Shown one piece after another: positions 35,686-49,400 of a stretch of 64,000 nt of DNA; the stretch's first letter is position 1; each line of letters begins with the position of its first letter. The notes beneath the pieces are model-generated. The model did not search any database. It was not told where the DNA came from and saw only the letters and a program-made list of their open reading frames with translations. The position numbers and the translations under genes were made by a program. Where the stretch lies: NCBI GenBank assembly GCA_004022145.1, contig RCNU01000011.1. One strand, written 5' to 3'. This stretch comes from Paecilomyces variotii (Eukaryota).

Positions 35686-38179
35686 ATGGAGTCTGAGGAC
35701 CTCACCGATCCTGACCTTAGGGCAGCTATTGCTGCTTCATTGCGTGACTTGCGAAGCTCGCCTAGCAACCCTGCCTCATCTTCTCGGGGCCAGGGAGATG
35801 TTGTTGACCTTACGGCCGATTCGGATGATGATGATGATGAGCTGACTGCCGTTGCCCCGAAGTCGAAATCCACTGTTGGATCAGAGACTGACCATGAAGA
35901 GGACGAGGAACTCATGAGAGCAATTGCATTATCTATGCAAGAGAGCGGCGAAGCTGCTTCTTCATCCCTCAAACAAGACAAAAGTGAGAACCCGCAAAAT
36001 AAGGAAAATGACAATCCCTCAGCAGCTTCAGCAGTCGCAGATGAGGCCCGTCAGTCAGAACCGGGTCCTAAACCATCAGGAATTATGGGACTAGATCGTA
36101 AGCAAATGGAACAGGAACGACTTTCTCGACTTGCCAAAAGAAAAGCCGAAGGGAGCATCTCCCCACCTCAAACATCTAGACAAAACAAGGTGGCCAAGTC
36201 AGATACTAATCGATGGGCTCTTCAGTCGGCAGCAGCTAGAGAGAACGTTCCAGTCACTAGTCAAAGGCCGCAACACGCACAATCTGGCCAGATGAAGCAA
36301 ACAGATAACATAGTCACCCAGCCTTCGTCTGCACCATCAATACAATTTCCCAAGGGCGTTGCGAAGAAAACCTGGGCTTTTGGACACTCTAGAGATGGCA
36401 ACGATATCAAGATCGAAGAATTGTTTCAGAAATCAGACCTGGAGCTCGCCGTTCTCAGCTCTTTCATGTGGGATATGGAATGGCTATTTTCAAAGCTTGA
36501 TACGACGAACACACGATTCATCCTGGTTATGCAGGCCAAGGAAGAAGAGACGGTGAGTTCATCTACGTTAGAAGCTCGAGGACTGTTCTAGGGCCTCTCA
36601 GAACTGATCATCCATTGCCGTTCAGAGACGCCAGTATGAAGCTGAGATTTCATATATGAAGAACTTGAGATTATGCTTTCCACCAATGGAAGGACAGGTC
36701 AATTGTATGCATTCTAAGCTCATGCTACTATTCCACCCGGATTATTTAAGAATCGCTGTGCCAAGCGCCAACCTAGTGCCTTACGATTGGGGAGAAGGTG
36801 GAGGAGTCATGGAGAATGTAGGCCTAAACATACTAGTGTTGTCGGGTCATTGGCTTACTCAATATAGAGCGTATTCCTGATTGATCTTCCCAAAAAGACG
36901 GACCAGTCTTCAACACGAACCCAAGAGACTTCATTCTACCAGGATCTTGTGTATTTTCTATCGGCTACCACGCTTCATGCAAACGTTATCCGCAAACTAG
37001 AGGCCTTTGACTTTAGTGAGACGGCATCCTATGCATTTGTTCATACCATGTATGTACATCCCCCTCTATCGGAGTCTCAGGAGGTGAATGGGCTGACTGG
37101 TAAACAGCGGAGGTTCCCACGCAGGCGCAACATGGAGGCGAACAGGTCTCTGTGGACTAGGTAGAGCCGTTAGCTCCTTGGGTCTGCGGACTTCAAAGCC
37201 ACTCAACATCGATTTTGTGGTAGGTTCTATCCCCGGGCGTCGTCATACTGTGACTAAACATATCCGGAAAAGACATCATCCGTGGGCTCACTTACGGACC
37301 AATTTCTGAGGTCCATATATCTGGCATGTCAAGGTAAAGTTTGACTCGTGGCGATGATTAGGCAGTATTCTAACGACATAGCATAGGTGATGACGGTCTC
37401 ACAGAATTCACACTGCGAAACTCGAAGACGTTTCCCGCAAAGAACCGGGGTGATCTAAACACTCTGATCGAGAAGACTACTGGTCAGGAATGGAAAGACA
37501 GATTCAAGGTGTACTTTCCATCAGATACCACCGTTCGACAGTCAAAAGGCGGGCCAAGATGCGCAGGCACCATCTGCTTTCAGTCGAAGTGGTTTCAAGA
37601 TCCTAAGTTTCCTCGACATACCCTCCGAGATTGTGTCAGCCGCAGGAACGGACTATTGATGCATAATAAGGTACGCAGGTCCTGTAATTGCTCTTGAGTA
37701 ACCAAAAGACAAGCTGTTAACATAAATCTCCAATAGATGATCTTCGCTAGACCAGAAGAGCCAATCAGTCTAGCAGATGGTTCAACTTGTCAGGCTTGGG
37801 CATATTTGGGGAGTGCAAATCTCTCCGAAAGCGCCTGGTAAGATTTCTTTCATAAGAAAGTACACACTTGCACCACATACTAACGAGCAACACGACTAGG
37901 GGCCGTCTCATCCAAGACCGTACAACAAAAGAGCCGAAGCTCAACTGCCGAAACTGGGAGTGTGGCGTTGTGATTCCCATAATCCAACCAGGAATAAACA
38001 CCGAAGCATCTACAAGCCTTGGTGGAACTGTGTCTGACAATAAATCGTCGGAGCAGCCTAAAAATGAGACAGAATCAGACTTTGCTCCGCTCTTCGCGTC
38101 GAAAATCCCCGTGCCTATGAAACTTCCTGGTCGACCCTATGGACCTGGAATGAAGCCATGGTATTTCATGGAAAGTTAA
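35686..38179 (+). CDS. TDP1: Tyrosyl-DNA phosphodiesterase 1-like protein (PLD superfamily) with N-terminal UIM-like helices
   Basis: MHSKLMLL...SANL and MHNK...GSANLSESAWG...NWECGV motifs; DPDLRAAIAASL and DEELMRAIALSM repeats; many short introns. Confidence 0.85.
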
Positions 38180-39306
38180 TGACACTACGGCGTTTATTTG
38201 AAATCACATATTTCGCTCTGCTCGATCGACACATCGGGTCCGGTATCAATTAGTCCGTTAGTTAGCTAGACGACTCAAACCATAGTTACCCCTTGATACT
38301 TGACAGTGTCGTACCATATTCCACATAGCATCCAACATTGACCACTCTTCGTAGATCCCGTCTTGACCACCACGAACGAGACTAATAGCATATGACTATA
38401 AAACCAATATCCAGAGAACCAATCCGGATTAGAAAACAATCCCTCACATCATCCATGCACCGACTGCTCCTGATATAATTACATACTTATCCACCCCCTA
38501 AAGTTTTAGTATCTACCGAAAACCCAACAGACAAACAACATGACTCCGTAATCAACACATAACTCGAAACGTCTAGTCCCTCACTCTGCGCGGCAACTCG
38601 CTCAGAAATCCTGAAAATTAACTATATCGTAGAAAGAAACCTAGATAATCCGAGATCCAGATCGAGATCTAGTTCCTTGCCGTATGGTTAATAGATGGCG
38701 GGAAGTTTGAGCTGTGACGAACGGACGAGAAAGTTCAGACGATGTATAACATAGGTTTCCGGGTGGTTCTTGATGAAGGAGTTTCAGTTGATGTTGAAGC
38801 GGCTCTAGGGCTTACGGAGCGGATATTATTATTTCAGCGTTGAGGACTTTGAAAGCTGATTCAGGCAGGAGTCGGTTTGAGATATTTAAAAATTGATGAA
38901 CATTCCTGTGATATGTTCAATATCTGACCGAGTTTTTACAATCGGAAAAGGGTATTTTATTTGTTGCAAATTCTATCTTAATTGTCTATTCTAATTAAAA
39001 ACTAACACTACGATTAAGAAGGCGAAATCAAGACGCAACGGAAATAATCAAGGGCAAATAAAATAAGAAAGGCCATTGCCAATCCGTCGTTGAAGAAACG
39101 CCATATGAATGCAGAAATTGCGTGAATTCCATGCTTAATAAAAACGCCATATGTGCTAGAAGCATCTAATCATATCGCATTGCAGGCCGTGCAACGTGAT
39201 CATGCTGATGGAGATGGAAAATTCCAGCACAACGAGTAATATAGCTCGCCAAATGGAAAAGTAAAACCGTTAAGTAGAATGTTAAAGATCTTGGCGCATG
39301 TTCAGA

Positions 39307-42300
39307 TCAGACCTTCTCAGATCGATCTGACTTCCTGGTGGTAATTTTGGACACGGCTTTCTTGAGGCCATCGATCACCTTGCCAAGGAGGCCGAAGATG
39401 TAGCCAATACCGAACGACCAGCCGCGGACACGCACGGTATAAATGAAGAAGTACACCAGGATCCAGTTGATGATGCAGTAGCCGAGGACGATGCCGAAGC
39501 AGCGCCACTTGTCGCCGTCGTGGACATTCAGGGTGTGCATGTACTCGTCACCGTTGCGATAGGCACAGTAGCTGCAGTCAGAAGTGGCGTCCGGGTTGCT
39601 GAGATAGCCGGCACGGGCGATCTCAGATACGAAGCGACCGGCATATTGACTGCAGGTCTGGCCTGGAGGTGGGTTGAAGTGAGTGGCTTCCTGAGACGAG
39701 CAGACGACTGGGGTGCCTGGCAAAATACTGGACAGGACACCACGGAGCCACCACGTCATTGGATTGACGTAGTACATCCAGTACTTCCAGAATACTGGGT
39801 ACGCGCTGTAGGGACGGACAATACCGTTGAAGAGGTTGACCATGACGAAGAAGAAGGGGAGGACCTAGTGATATTGTTAGTATATTTCAGACGCGAAATT
39901 ACATGCAAGGATCACGGGATCGACTTACGTTAGAAATGACAGTAAAGGATGGTGCGAAGGCACAGATCCACTGTCCCCAACTTGCTTGGAACAGGAAGAA
40001 AAGCATCGTCATCAGGAAAACGTAACCGGCTGTGCTTGAGTCTGTTGGGAGACCGACTGGGTAGTACCACAGCAACCAGTACACTACACTTGTGACGATG
40101 GCGGCTGGAATTTCGCAGACAATGTTTGCAGTACAGAACGCGATCCATCCGTAGATACGGGACGGATATTCACGAGCCTCCCAGAGCGCACGGTTCATAT
40201 AGAACTTGGGGACGATACTGTTCATGGTAATCGGTGGGATCAGAATGACCAGGAAGGCCGAGAACATGCGATCCTGCATGCTGGAGATGCTGTTTCCGAG
40301 CATCCAGAAGGTAAATCCGTTGAAGATACCAACGATCACACTAACGAAGAGCTTTCCATAGTAATACGAGGGGTCTCTCCAGTACTGCAAGAAGAGTCTC
40401 TTGGTAAGCATGACAGTTTGCGTGGTGACAGGAGCAGCGTATTCGTATTGCTTGCCAGCCTCGGGCGCAGGAAGCTTGCTGCGCTCCTCTCGGATACGTT
40501 GGATCTCCGCCAGGACTTGACGGTTCTGCTCGGAGTTTCTCCATTCCTCGTTCCAGTCGACTGGTCGGCCATCTTTTCCCTTGCCTCCCTTTGCTGCAGT
40601 CTCAAGGATAAACTCGGCAACGTTCTTGGACGGCGGACAGACAAAGCCGCGTTCCGCAAAGTAGCTGATGACCGCTGAGCCATTCTTACCAACGGGGCCG
40701 AAGTAGAACGTGTTACCACCTGGGTTGAGAGCGAGGACCATGTCGAACTCTTGAATGAGCATCGAAGACGGCTGGTGGATGGTACACACGATAGCTTGGC
40801 CCGCTTGAGTCAACTTCTTCAAGAACCGCACGATCGAGAAAGCCGCTTGACTATCCAGACCACTAGTAGGCTCGTCGAGGAACAAGAGAAGATTTGGCTT
40901 AGCGGCCAGTTCAACTCCGATTGTGACTCTCTTTTTCTGTTCGACCCCGAGAGAGCTGATTAGGGCATCTTGGATGTCCCCAAGCTCCAAGAGCTCAATG
41001 ATCCTGTTCACGTAATCGATCTTCTCCTGGCGTGGGATATTTCTGTCTTGTCGCAGGATGGCAGAAAACTCCAGAGCTTCCCGGATCGTAGAAGTGCCAT
41101 CATGAAGATCCATCTGCTCACAGAAACCGGTTCCTCTCTGGAATTCCGGACCCAGGGGACGACCGTCAACGAGCATATCACCGGTTACCACTCCCACTTT
41201 CTGGCGTTGGGCAAGAGTGTTCAAGAGCGTTGTCTTTCCTGCTCCCGAGGCACCCATCAGAGCGATCATAATACCCGGCTTAGCGTAACCGTTAACGCCG
41301 TTCAGAATCTTCTTGGTTCCGTTTCCATACGGCACGGTGTACTCAACGTTGCTCCACGTGAAGATGCGATCACTAGAAGTAAGACTGTTGAGACCATTGT
41401 CGCCAGAAGAGGGTGAAGCATCGCGGGTGGAAGCTCCAACCTCTCCAGTTTTGACCTTCTCTTCATCACTGGTGCTTCCGTGCTTGGTCAACTGTTTGGC
41501 ACGCTTCGTCTTCTTGAACACCAATGCTCCACCGCCACCGCTCACAAACGAGAGTGTTTCCGTAGCGATGATAGTGACCAACAGGTACAGAACCGTCCAC
41601 GCAATCACCACGCCAAAGTTACGCCAGAGATGATGTCTCGTAAATTGGAACGAAGTCTCCAGGTAATTCCTTCCTGAGACGGTCGTGCTACCGAGCTGTG
41701 ACCCAGGCAGAGAGCAGCCTTGGTAGCGTGGATCGACACCAGGGCCCTGAGGCACGAGCATCGACGGAGAGCATGGCATCTCACGGTTCCAGAATTCATT
41801 TGTCAAGACTGCCTCGTAACTGTACGCAATTGGATTGATGTAGAACAGCCAGCCAAACCAGATCGAGTCTGCGATCAACGTTTGTTTCGGAATGACATAT
41901 CCGATGAAGATGACCAGGAGAGTCAGTGCAATTCCGCTGAAGCGAACCGCATCGTCGATGGTCGGGGACAGAGCTGCGAACATTCGGTACAATGACGTGA
42001 TACAGAAGGTGGTCGTGTACACGAATAGTGCGTAGATCCAGAATTTTGAGACATCAACATCTAGCCCTGCCATGAAGTACACAATGATCGTAAAGACTGC
42101 TACCATTGCGAAGATCATGGGAAAGTCGACCAGGACACGAGCCAATGAGACAGCCGAGGGGCGATAGAAGGCGTAGTCCTTATGTCTCTTGATAATAACT
42201 CGTCCTGATACCGCAGACATCAACTCGGTCAATTGCAACCAGCCAAGGAACAAGACCGAGAAGAAGAGTGTACCACCTCGGGAGAAGGCACCGCTGGTGT

Positions 42301-44056
42301 CGAGGGACTGGCCGTAGAAGAGAGAGCTGACAATCAGCCCGTTGGAAATGATGATGAAGAACTTGGTGTAAAGCGAGGTCTTGTCTCCCCAGATGAGCCA
42401 AAATTCTCGCTGTGTACATGCTAGTACTTGTCTGATGAACGAGACGGTGTAAGGCGACTTCTTTGAGACTGTCTTGCTCTTGGACTGGACAACAGTTTGC
42501 TCGAAACGTCGAGTATCAGCGCGGTTGGTATCCTGCAGACGTTTCTCATAGTCTGCGATATCTTCCAGGAGACGCGTATACGCAGCGCTCTCCCTGAAGA
42601 CTTTCTCTAGTTCTTCTGCAGTTTTCGGGGTGGAAGCCTCCCGGCCCGGTTGGAACTGGCGTGCGTTTGGATCGCACAGTGAGGTCAAAAAGTCAGCAGT
42701 AGTCCTAGAGATGGGTTAGTAGTCCGTCAATCCCTGTTTCCAGAGCGGGCGTACTCACCATTGGGGCGGGCAGTAGAATCCCAGGTTAACGAAATATTCC
42801 TTGGCTTCATTCGCAGGGCCTTGGTAGAGCATTCGTCCTTCATCGATGACCAAGACCTTGTCCATAAGCTCGTAGATACCCTCTCCTGCTTGGTACAAAG
42901 TCACGAATGTGGTCCGCTTACTGACATCAGTCATGATACGGAGGGACTTTCCATAGTCCAGTGCGGTGCTCGCATCCAGACCTCTGGTCGAGTTGTCCCA
43001 ACACACCACGCTGGATTTGGTCGCTAGAGTCTCTGCAATACTGACTCGCTTTCTCTCTCCACCGGAGACACCGCGGACATACTCGTTTCCGACCAAGGTG
43101 TTCTTCGTGTGGCTAATACCGAACATCTTCAACAACGCATCCACCACAATCGGGATGCTGGATCTATCATGTCTCTTCGTCTTGTTGATCAGGGAGAATT
43201 TCAGAGTTTGCCACACCGTCAGCGACGGAAAATGCTGGTCATCTTCCGGGTTGTAGTTGACTTCTCCACGGAAATGCTTGTGTTGCTCCTTGGCTGGGAT
43301 GCCACCGTATGTGACCTCTCCAGAGACACCGGCAAAGGCTGCGCGATCATTGGCAATGGCCTTGAGGAAGGTGGTACATCCTGAGCCCGGTCTTCCCAGA
43401 ACGAACATCATCTCTCCGTCCCTGACGACACCGCTGAAGTCGTGGATCAGCTCCCGCGTGGGCGGTTTCTTCCCGAAATGCAGGGAGGGGATGAACCGCT
43501 GCAATAAGTGGTACAGATCCGGGCCAAACGTTCCCACCACTGCGTCAGGTAGAGTCCTGACAAAAGATGCGCCCGATTGCACACCCTTGACGGTCAGGTT
43601 CTTGAAGACCACGCCGACCTTCTTCGCTGGATCTCCCACGGTGGTTCGACGCTCCAGCTGGCCGCCTTGCAAGAACTCGCTGAGATCGAATTCCTGGCGG
43701 GTCGACGTGGAAGATGCTTCATCGATGGTTCCCTCCTGCTCTTTCAGGTCGCCCTGAGTCTGCGTTCCTGAACGATATCGTCGGACACTTCTCGTTTGGG
43801 AACGAGATCGGTGGAGACTCAACCTCGTTAACTCTCTCCTCATCTCTTCAAACTCCTCCATCGCGCCATGGCGGGAGACAGGGTCGCCCTCCTGACGCTC
43901 CCCCCAATGTCCATCGAGACTGAGTTGCGATGGAGAAGCAATGGTCGATGCTGCAAGAGACTCCGGCTCTGCTATTGGCTCTGCTACTGCCCGGGGATCT
44001 TCTTCTCCAGGTGGCCTCCGGTGGAGTTCCTCTGGGACTCCTGGGAGGGCGGCCAT
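39307..44056 (-). CDS. atrF: Pleiotropic drug resistance (ABCG/PDR) ABC transporter, AtrF ortholog
   Basis: GRPGSGCTT, VSGGERKRVSIAE and CWDNSTRGLD in NBD1; GASGAGKTT, LGVEQKKRVTIGVEL and LDEPTSGLD in NBD2. Closely resembles Aspergillus AtrF as recalled. Introns at ~42705-42758 and ~39865-39928. Confidence 0.92.
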
Positions 44057-46683
44057 GTTGGTCGAATAATTTCTCCCCGTAGACTACAACAGTCGACGGC
44101 GGTCTATCTGGACTCGATGGGCGAGCAGATGATAATTAAGTAGTCCGAATCCAGAGCCGCCTTACCAGTAGTATTTCGGCCGACGTTAAGGCCGGCAGCA
44201 AGCTAGGTAAGGGCTCCACCAATGACCCCAGTGAATGGGGAAATCAACACGAAAGGGAAAAAAGAAAGAAAAAGAACAGGCGAATCAAGCGAATCGTAAT
44301 ATGAATCAAACGGACGGAACGAGTCAGGGATACGACTGGAAACACGTGCGAATCGCGTCTTCTTGTCAAGCAACAAACAGCCTGTGTTGGTTACAAAATG
44401 CCCGTTTTGTACTGCACCCAACTCGCTCCACGATCGAGGTCAACGATCGCTGAGATGAGGGAGGGGTATGGACGAGTATTACAAGAAGGAGGAAAAGTTA
44501 TTAATTAATCATTCTTTGTAGGAGGCGAAGGGACATGAATCGTTGACCGCAATTGCACACCCACCATGCCCCCGAGTCAGGCCGTGGAGTTGGTATTGGC
44601 AAGAACAAGGGAAACAACCGTTGACTACTGGTTGGTTTGTCAGCTTCAGGGCTGTGATGAGGCCATGGATACGTGCTCACGTCAAGATGCTTGCAAGACC
44701 CGCGCAGGTGGTCGAGGTTCCATTAGAGTAGAGTATGTACGCAAGCGGCTGACCTCGAGAAGAAGATGTGGATGGTGATTGGCAAGTTCCATGATGTGCG
44801 GATGAAAACTCGACCGGTTCTCGAGCTGTCTAGCTTTGCCCAAATCCGATGTTAACTTAGTGAGTTAATTGAGCTGCTAAACTAAACTGATAGACTTGGA
44901 GTCTTTGGAGTCTTTTTGGACCAGCGAAACTAGTCAGATGGGCGGATCCCGATGGAGCCTTCGGAGATAACGCCACGGACCTTAAACGCCGTCTTATCCG
45001 CGCTCGTTCATTTTTAATTAATTATTAAAGTACTTTTTATATTATTTCTTTCTCTCTTTTTCTCTGGTGGAAACGGACTTTACTCCGATTTCCATCCGTC
45101 GTATCTCTCTTCCAATCACGGAGATTAAAAAGCTAGAGTACAGAAACCAAAAAGGAGGGGCAAAGGAACAAAGGAAGGGAGAGATCTGGACCAGTGAATC
45201 ATTATTACCAATCTGCAGTCAACTGTGGAACAAGATCTTCTCTCGGCTAAATTCGTCCGGTTTTTAAGCCGAGAACTCTTCACATACTTTGTTATTATTA
45301 TATTATGATTATTGATATTTAATTTTCTCCACGTTGGCTCCTCCAACCCTCTTGGTCACTTTCCTTTGCTGCTTTAAGCCTGCTTGGTTATTAATTATCA
45401 GTTAATCCCTGCATCGTCCTTTCTAGCTACGAAAATCTTGATCAACCACTGAACTACACTACTTCCGCTCCTTCTCGAACGTTCTGCAAAGGGAACTAGC
45501 TAGCTGTATCTCTACTGCACGACACACCGCTCATTGGACCAGATGGTGAAACAGATCTGCACTCGTATCTAATCTCAAGGCTCACTAACTAGTAGGTAAC
45601 GATTATTATGATACCAAATCTATCAGATATATTAATAATTGGTGAGAAGCTGGTGAATACCAAGATATGATCTCTCGTGATCCAACGATGATGCCACTCC
45701 ATGCGTAATTCGAAGTCAAGTTATAGTTATCCGCTGGTGTTCATCTAATGGCCATCCAAGGATACCACCAGAGTCTCTACCCCTCAGGGCTGGAACATGC
45801 GGGGCGGCCCTGTCGGAGACTCGGAGTACGGATAGCAAGCCCTCAGTAGTACAAAATAGTTAGTAATTCCTAGAGTAGATAACTAGGTAGTTAGTTATTC
45901 TGGCGATGCGGGGCCTCCCAAACCGCAGCACTGGAGTAATTATTATTATTCTAGAGTGGGATACTTAGAGTCTTAGACTAGCATGCAACCAACGGTCATT
46001 CTGCGGCCCCTCGGAGGCTTGAATCATAATTAAGCCAGATTTTAAACCTGTCGCCGTTATCAGTTTCTCCGACTGGATACATTGACTGTTATTTAACTAG
46101 CTGATTTCTAATCTGTTAGCAGGCAGCAAGACCTTGGGCGTATTACAGATAGGGCCAATGTTGGTGCTAGTACTTTCTTCACCGCAGTTTCGTGTTCGCC
46201 GCAGTCAGCTGCGCCGGATGGCACTGTTGTCTGATAAGTATGGTAGACTGTACTCCGTACGTACCTGCGCTATGTCTCTCTCCCGTGTCGTGACAACCAA
46301 GAGGGTGAAATTCAATAACCTGAGAGAACGCGCTCAAGTAATGTCAACAGAACACTGAATCCCAGCAACAGTAATACTTCCTGCGAGTCAAAGCTAAACA
46401 GGCACCAGACGAGGTCCTAACTAACTAATTACAAGACCGGTTCGCCTTTTCCGTTACCCATCGATTGCTTTCCCAGAGGTGTATTCCAGAACAGGCATTT
46501 TATGAAGCCAAAATATCAACAACCACATGGAGCCGTGGATGCATGTTCTACGAAAACAACATTTTCCAGGAAGACATGGTTTGTAATTTGTATAGTCATA
46601 CATAAATATCCATTCATTTGTAACTATCTCCTCCTGTACATAAGTCCAGACAGACAGATCCCGCATTTATATCGCATCCTATC

Positions 46684-47620
46684 CTATAATAGCAACAGCT
46701 TTCCAACCTAAAGTTGTTAATAACCAGTTATCCAAACGTGAATGAAAAGAATAACATGCCCTTTGCAACAACCTACCTTTCCCTGATTTGAGATCATCCA
46801 AGCTTCTGGTCACCTGATAAATCCTTCGAGATCCTTTTCCACTGGGGATTTTCCGTCTTTATGCAATTGGACGAGATATGGAATTCTCCGGTTAGTGCAA
46901 AAAATCAATCATCACAATTAGAAAGTCTGAATGCCCACAAGTAAGTACATACATTTTCTTAGTTAGGATTCGCGTAAACCCTCGACACAACACATTTGCA
47001 GGATGTCGAGGATCCAAACGCGCAATAAAACTGACACGGGGAACGCCAATAGATGCGAGGGTACCATCACACCCTGAAGTGTTCAGAAAAATGTCTCCAA
47101 TAAATAAAATTTCGTTATCTAAAATTTGGTCAACGCCTCCAGGGAAGATCCAGTATTATGCACAGCAGCGCTGACTGGCTCGTGATCTCCGCCATAAGTA
47201 TCGACGGCAACAACCTTAGTGACACAACACCTGTCGGAGCATGTCGACAAGCAGACCTCCTTTCAGTCTTCTCCCACGCCTTTCTAGCTCCATCTACACA
47301 GATAAATAGGCTGAGATAGTTGCTAGACAATTCAAAGCTCAGCGAGCTTAACTTCGCTCCAGAGCACCTATTTCCTTGCAGGAAGCAGCACGAAAAGGCC
47401 AACGGCGCCCATCCCTAATGAATATAGCCAGAGTTGAAATTAGTTTCGGACGGAGAATATCGATTACAGTCCGGCAAGTTTGATAGCATAGGATGACTGC
47501 GTCTCCTGGCTTTAATTTAACTCCAGATCCGATTGGCGTACACTCCAGCTGCCTCATAACCTAGCACAGCAGGGTATGCACCGGGCATAACCTATGTTGC
47601 ACGACAATAACAATATCCCA
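46684..47620 (-). pseudogene. Zinc-dependent (aryl-)alcohol dehydrogenase pseudogene (MDR superfamily)
   Basis: Fragments in correct order across frameshifts: MPGAYPAVLGYEAAGV, IGSGVKLKPGDAVILCYQTCRT, VIDILRPKLISTLAIF/GMGAVGL, IFPGGVDQILD, GTLASIGVP, VEGYANP, intron, IPYLVQLHKDGKSPVEK, LDDLKSGK. Confidence 0.8.
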
Positions 47621-48099
47621 CATCGAATCTATCAAGCTCATGCTCTTATGATATAGCAAAGGAAGTCTTGGAAATAATGTATGACATATCTAGAGTACTG
47701 TATCTCTACAAGGACCGGTCTCATCTACTACACTTTATCGAGAACAACATCCTATAGTACTATACAACCGGACAATCCTTCTCCCCCACGAGGTATGCCT
47801 TACTAGACAGGTCCTTGTTTTCAGAAAGGCTATGCTTTCACTCATGTTGTTCGCTTCGTAGGCAGGAGACAGATGCAGCAACGCCCTCTCACAGTTTACG
47901 TAGGCAATCATCACTTAATAATGGGATTAGAGGGAGAATGGTAACCTATGTAATTATCCATTTCCCAGCACCTCCATGTGATGCCCACTTGCGGTTTACA
48001 GTTTACAGTTTAAGTACAGTTTGCAGATTTCAACCGCAGACATGAACACGAGATAGATATGAGATGCAAAAAGGCCTGAGCGATAATATAACATAACAG

Positions 48100-49400
48100 C
48101 GGTGAAAGTAACTAGTAATAAATTGATCACATAACGTTGGGCACTTCTTTCCTTAAAATCTATTCTATCGCAGAGACACCATTTGCTATACCACTAAACA
48201 TGTAGGAGCTCTAAAAAGCACCTAAAAAAACTAACATGGAGCGAGAATGCAAGTCCACAATTCCGAATAAATCCAAGTAGGATCGCTCGCTCCCAGATAA
48301 AACAGAGCAAGAAAGAGAAAAGAGAGATTCCTTCCAATAGGAGTTTATTCTAGTGTGATACTTACTCTTGTTGCTAGACGACTGACTACTTAGTATATCA
48401 AAAATAGGCTACACACAAAATACCACAGGGTATGTTGCAGCGAGTAACCCAAAAAAACTAAAAAACTAAAAGACCCCAAGAAAAAAAAAAAGCTGCGGAG
48501 TGATAAGTGTCTATGGTCATACTTAATACTAAAAAGGTATTTTCAACAGACCGTAAATACCATTAAAGCTCTATTATAATAATTTGAAAGTCGCGTCGCC
48601 CCTCGGATATCTAAACACTACGGTTATACTTACCTTTTTTTGTATTTAGCCAGATACCTACCTACCTAACCTACCTTATTACTTCTAAAAATCGCAATAA
48701 CTGCATCAACAACAGCAGTGCAGCCAGTTATAAACCTAAACCCCAACACAATATCTACACGCTTAAAGTAATGCATAGTAATATAATCCCTCAACGAAAG
48801 TCTAATAAACACCGCTCCGACTATCGTAGTAGCTATCTATTTACATACAGTATTAACCAAAACACGCGCATATATAATACATGCTTCTATACGTTCTGCT
48901 AGTATACGCTTCTCTATATCTGATTCGATAATAAGGGGTATAATAAATTCTTAGTTCTACTAGTTAGCTATATATAAGTTTATTTCTAAACGATAAATCT
49001 CATAAGTTATAATATAACAGTACGAAGACGTGCTTTACAATCTGGCTATTCCTACTATTATTAGCAATTATTCAAGGTAATTAAGCAATTAAATCTTGAC
49101 TGGAATCCTATTACTAACTAACTAACTAACTAATAGAAACTATATAGAGAAAAATCTCAATATAAGCATTCATTTAAAGCTCTAAACGCAATTCAATATA
49201 CCAAAGTTAAAACTTAAACTCGAACTAAGTCGTATACCTAGCTATATACTTACTACAAACTATGTATAGGTTAAGTTAGATCTTAACGCGCCTTTGAGCC
49301 TTTTTACTTTTAAGTTAAAGAATTAAAATTTTATAATTTAGTTTTGGATAATCTACATATACAAAAAGAGTTTTAAAGTAAAGCATATAACAGTTCTAAT
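48100..49400. other. AT-rich, TpA-rich segment resembling RIP-mutated DNA
   Basis: Visibly high AT content with abundant TA/TAG/TAA and (CTAA)n; contains a residual minus-strand reading frame at 48666-48950. Confidence 0.55.
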
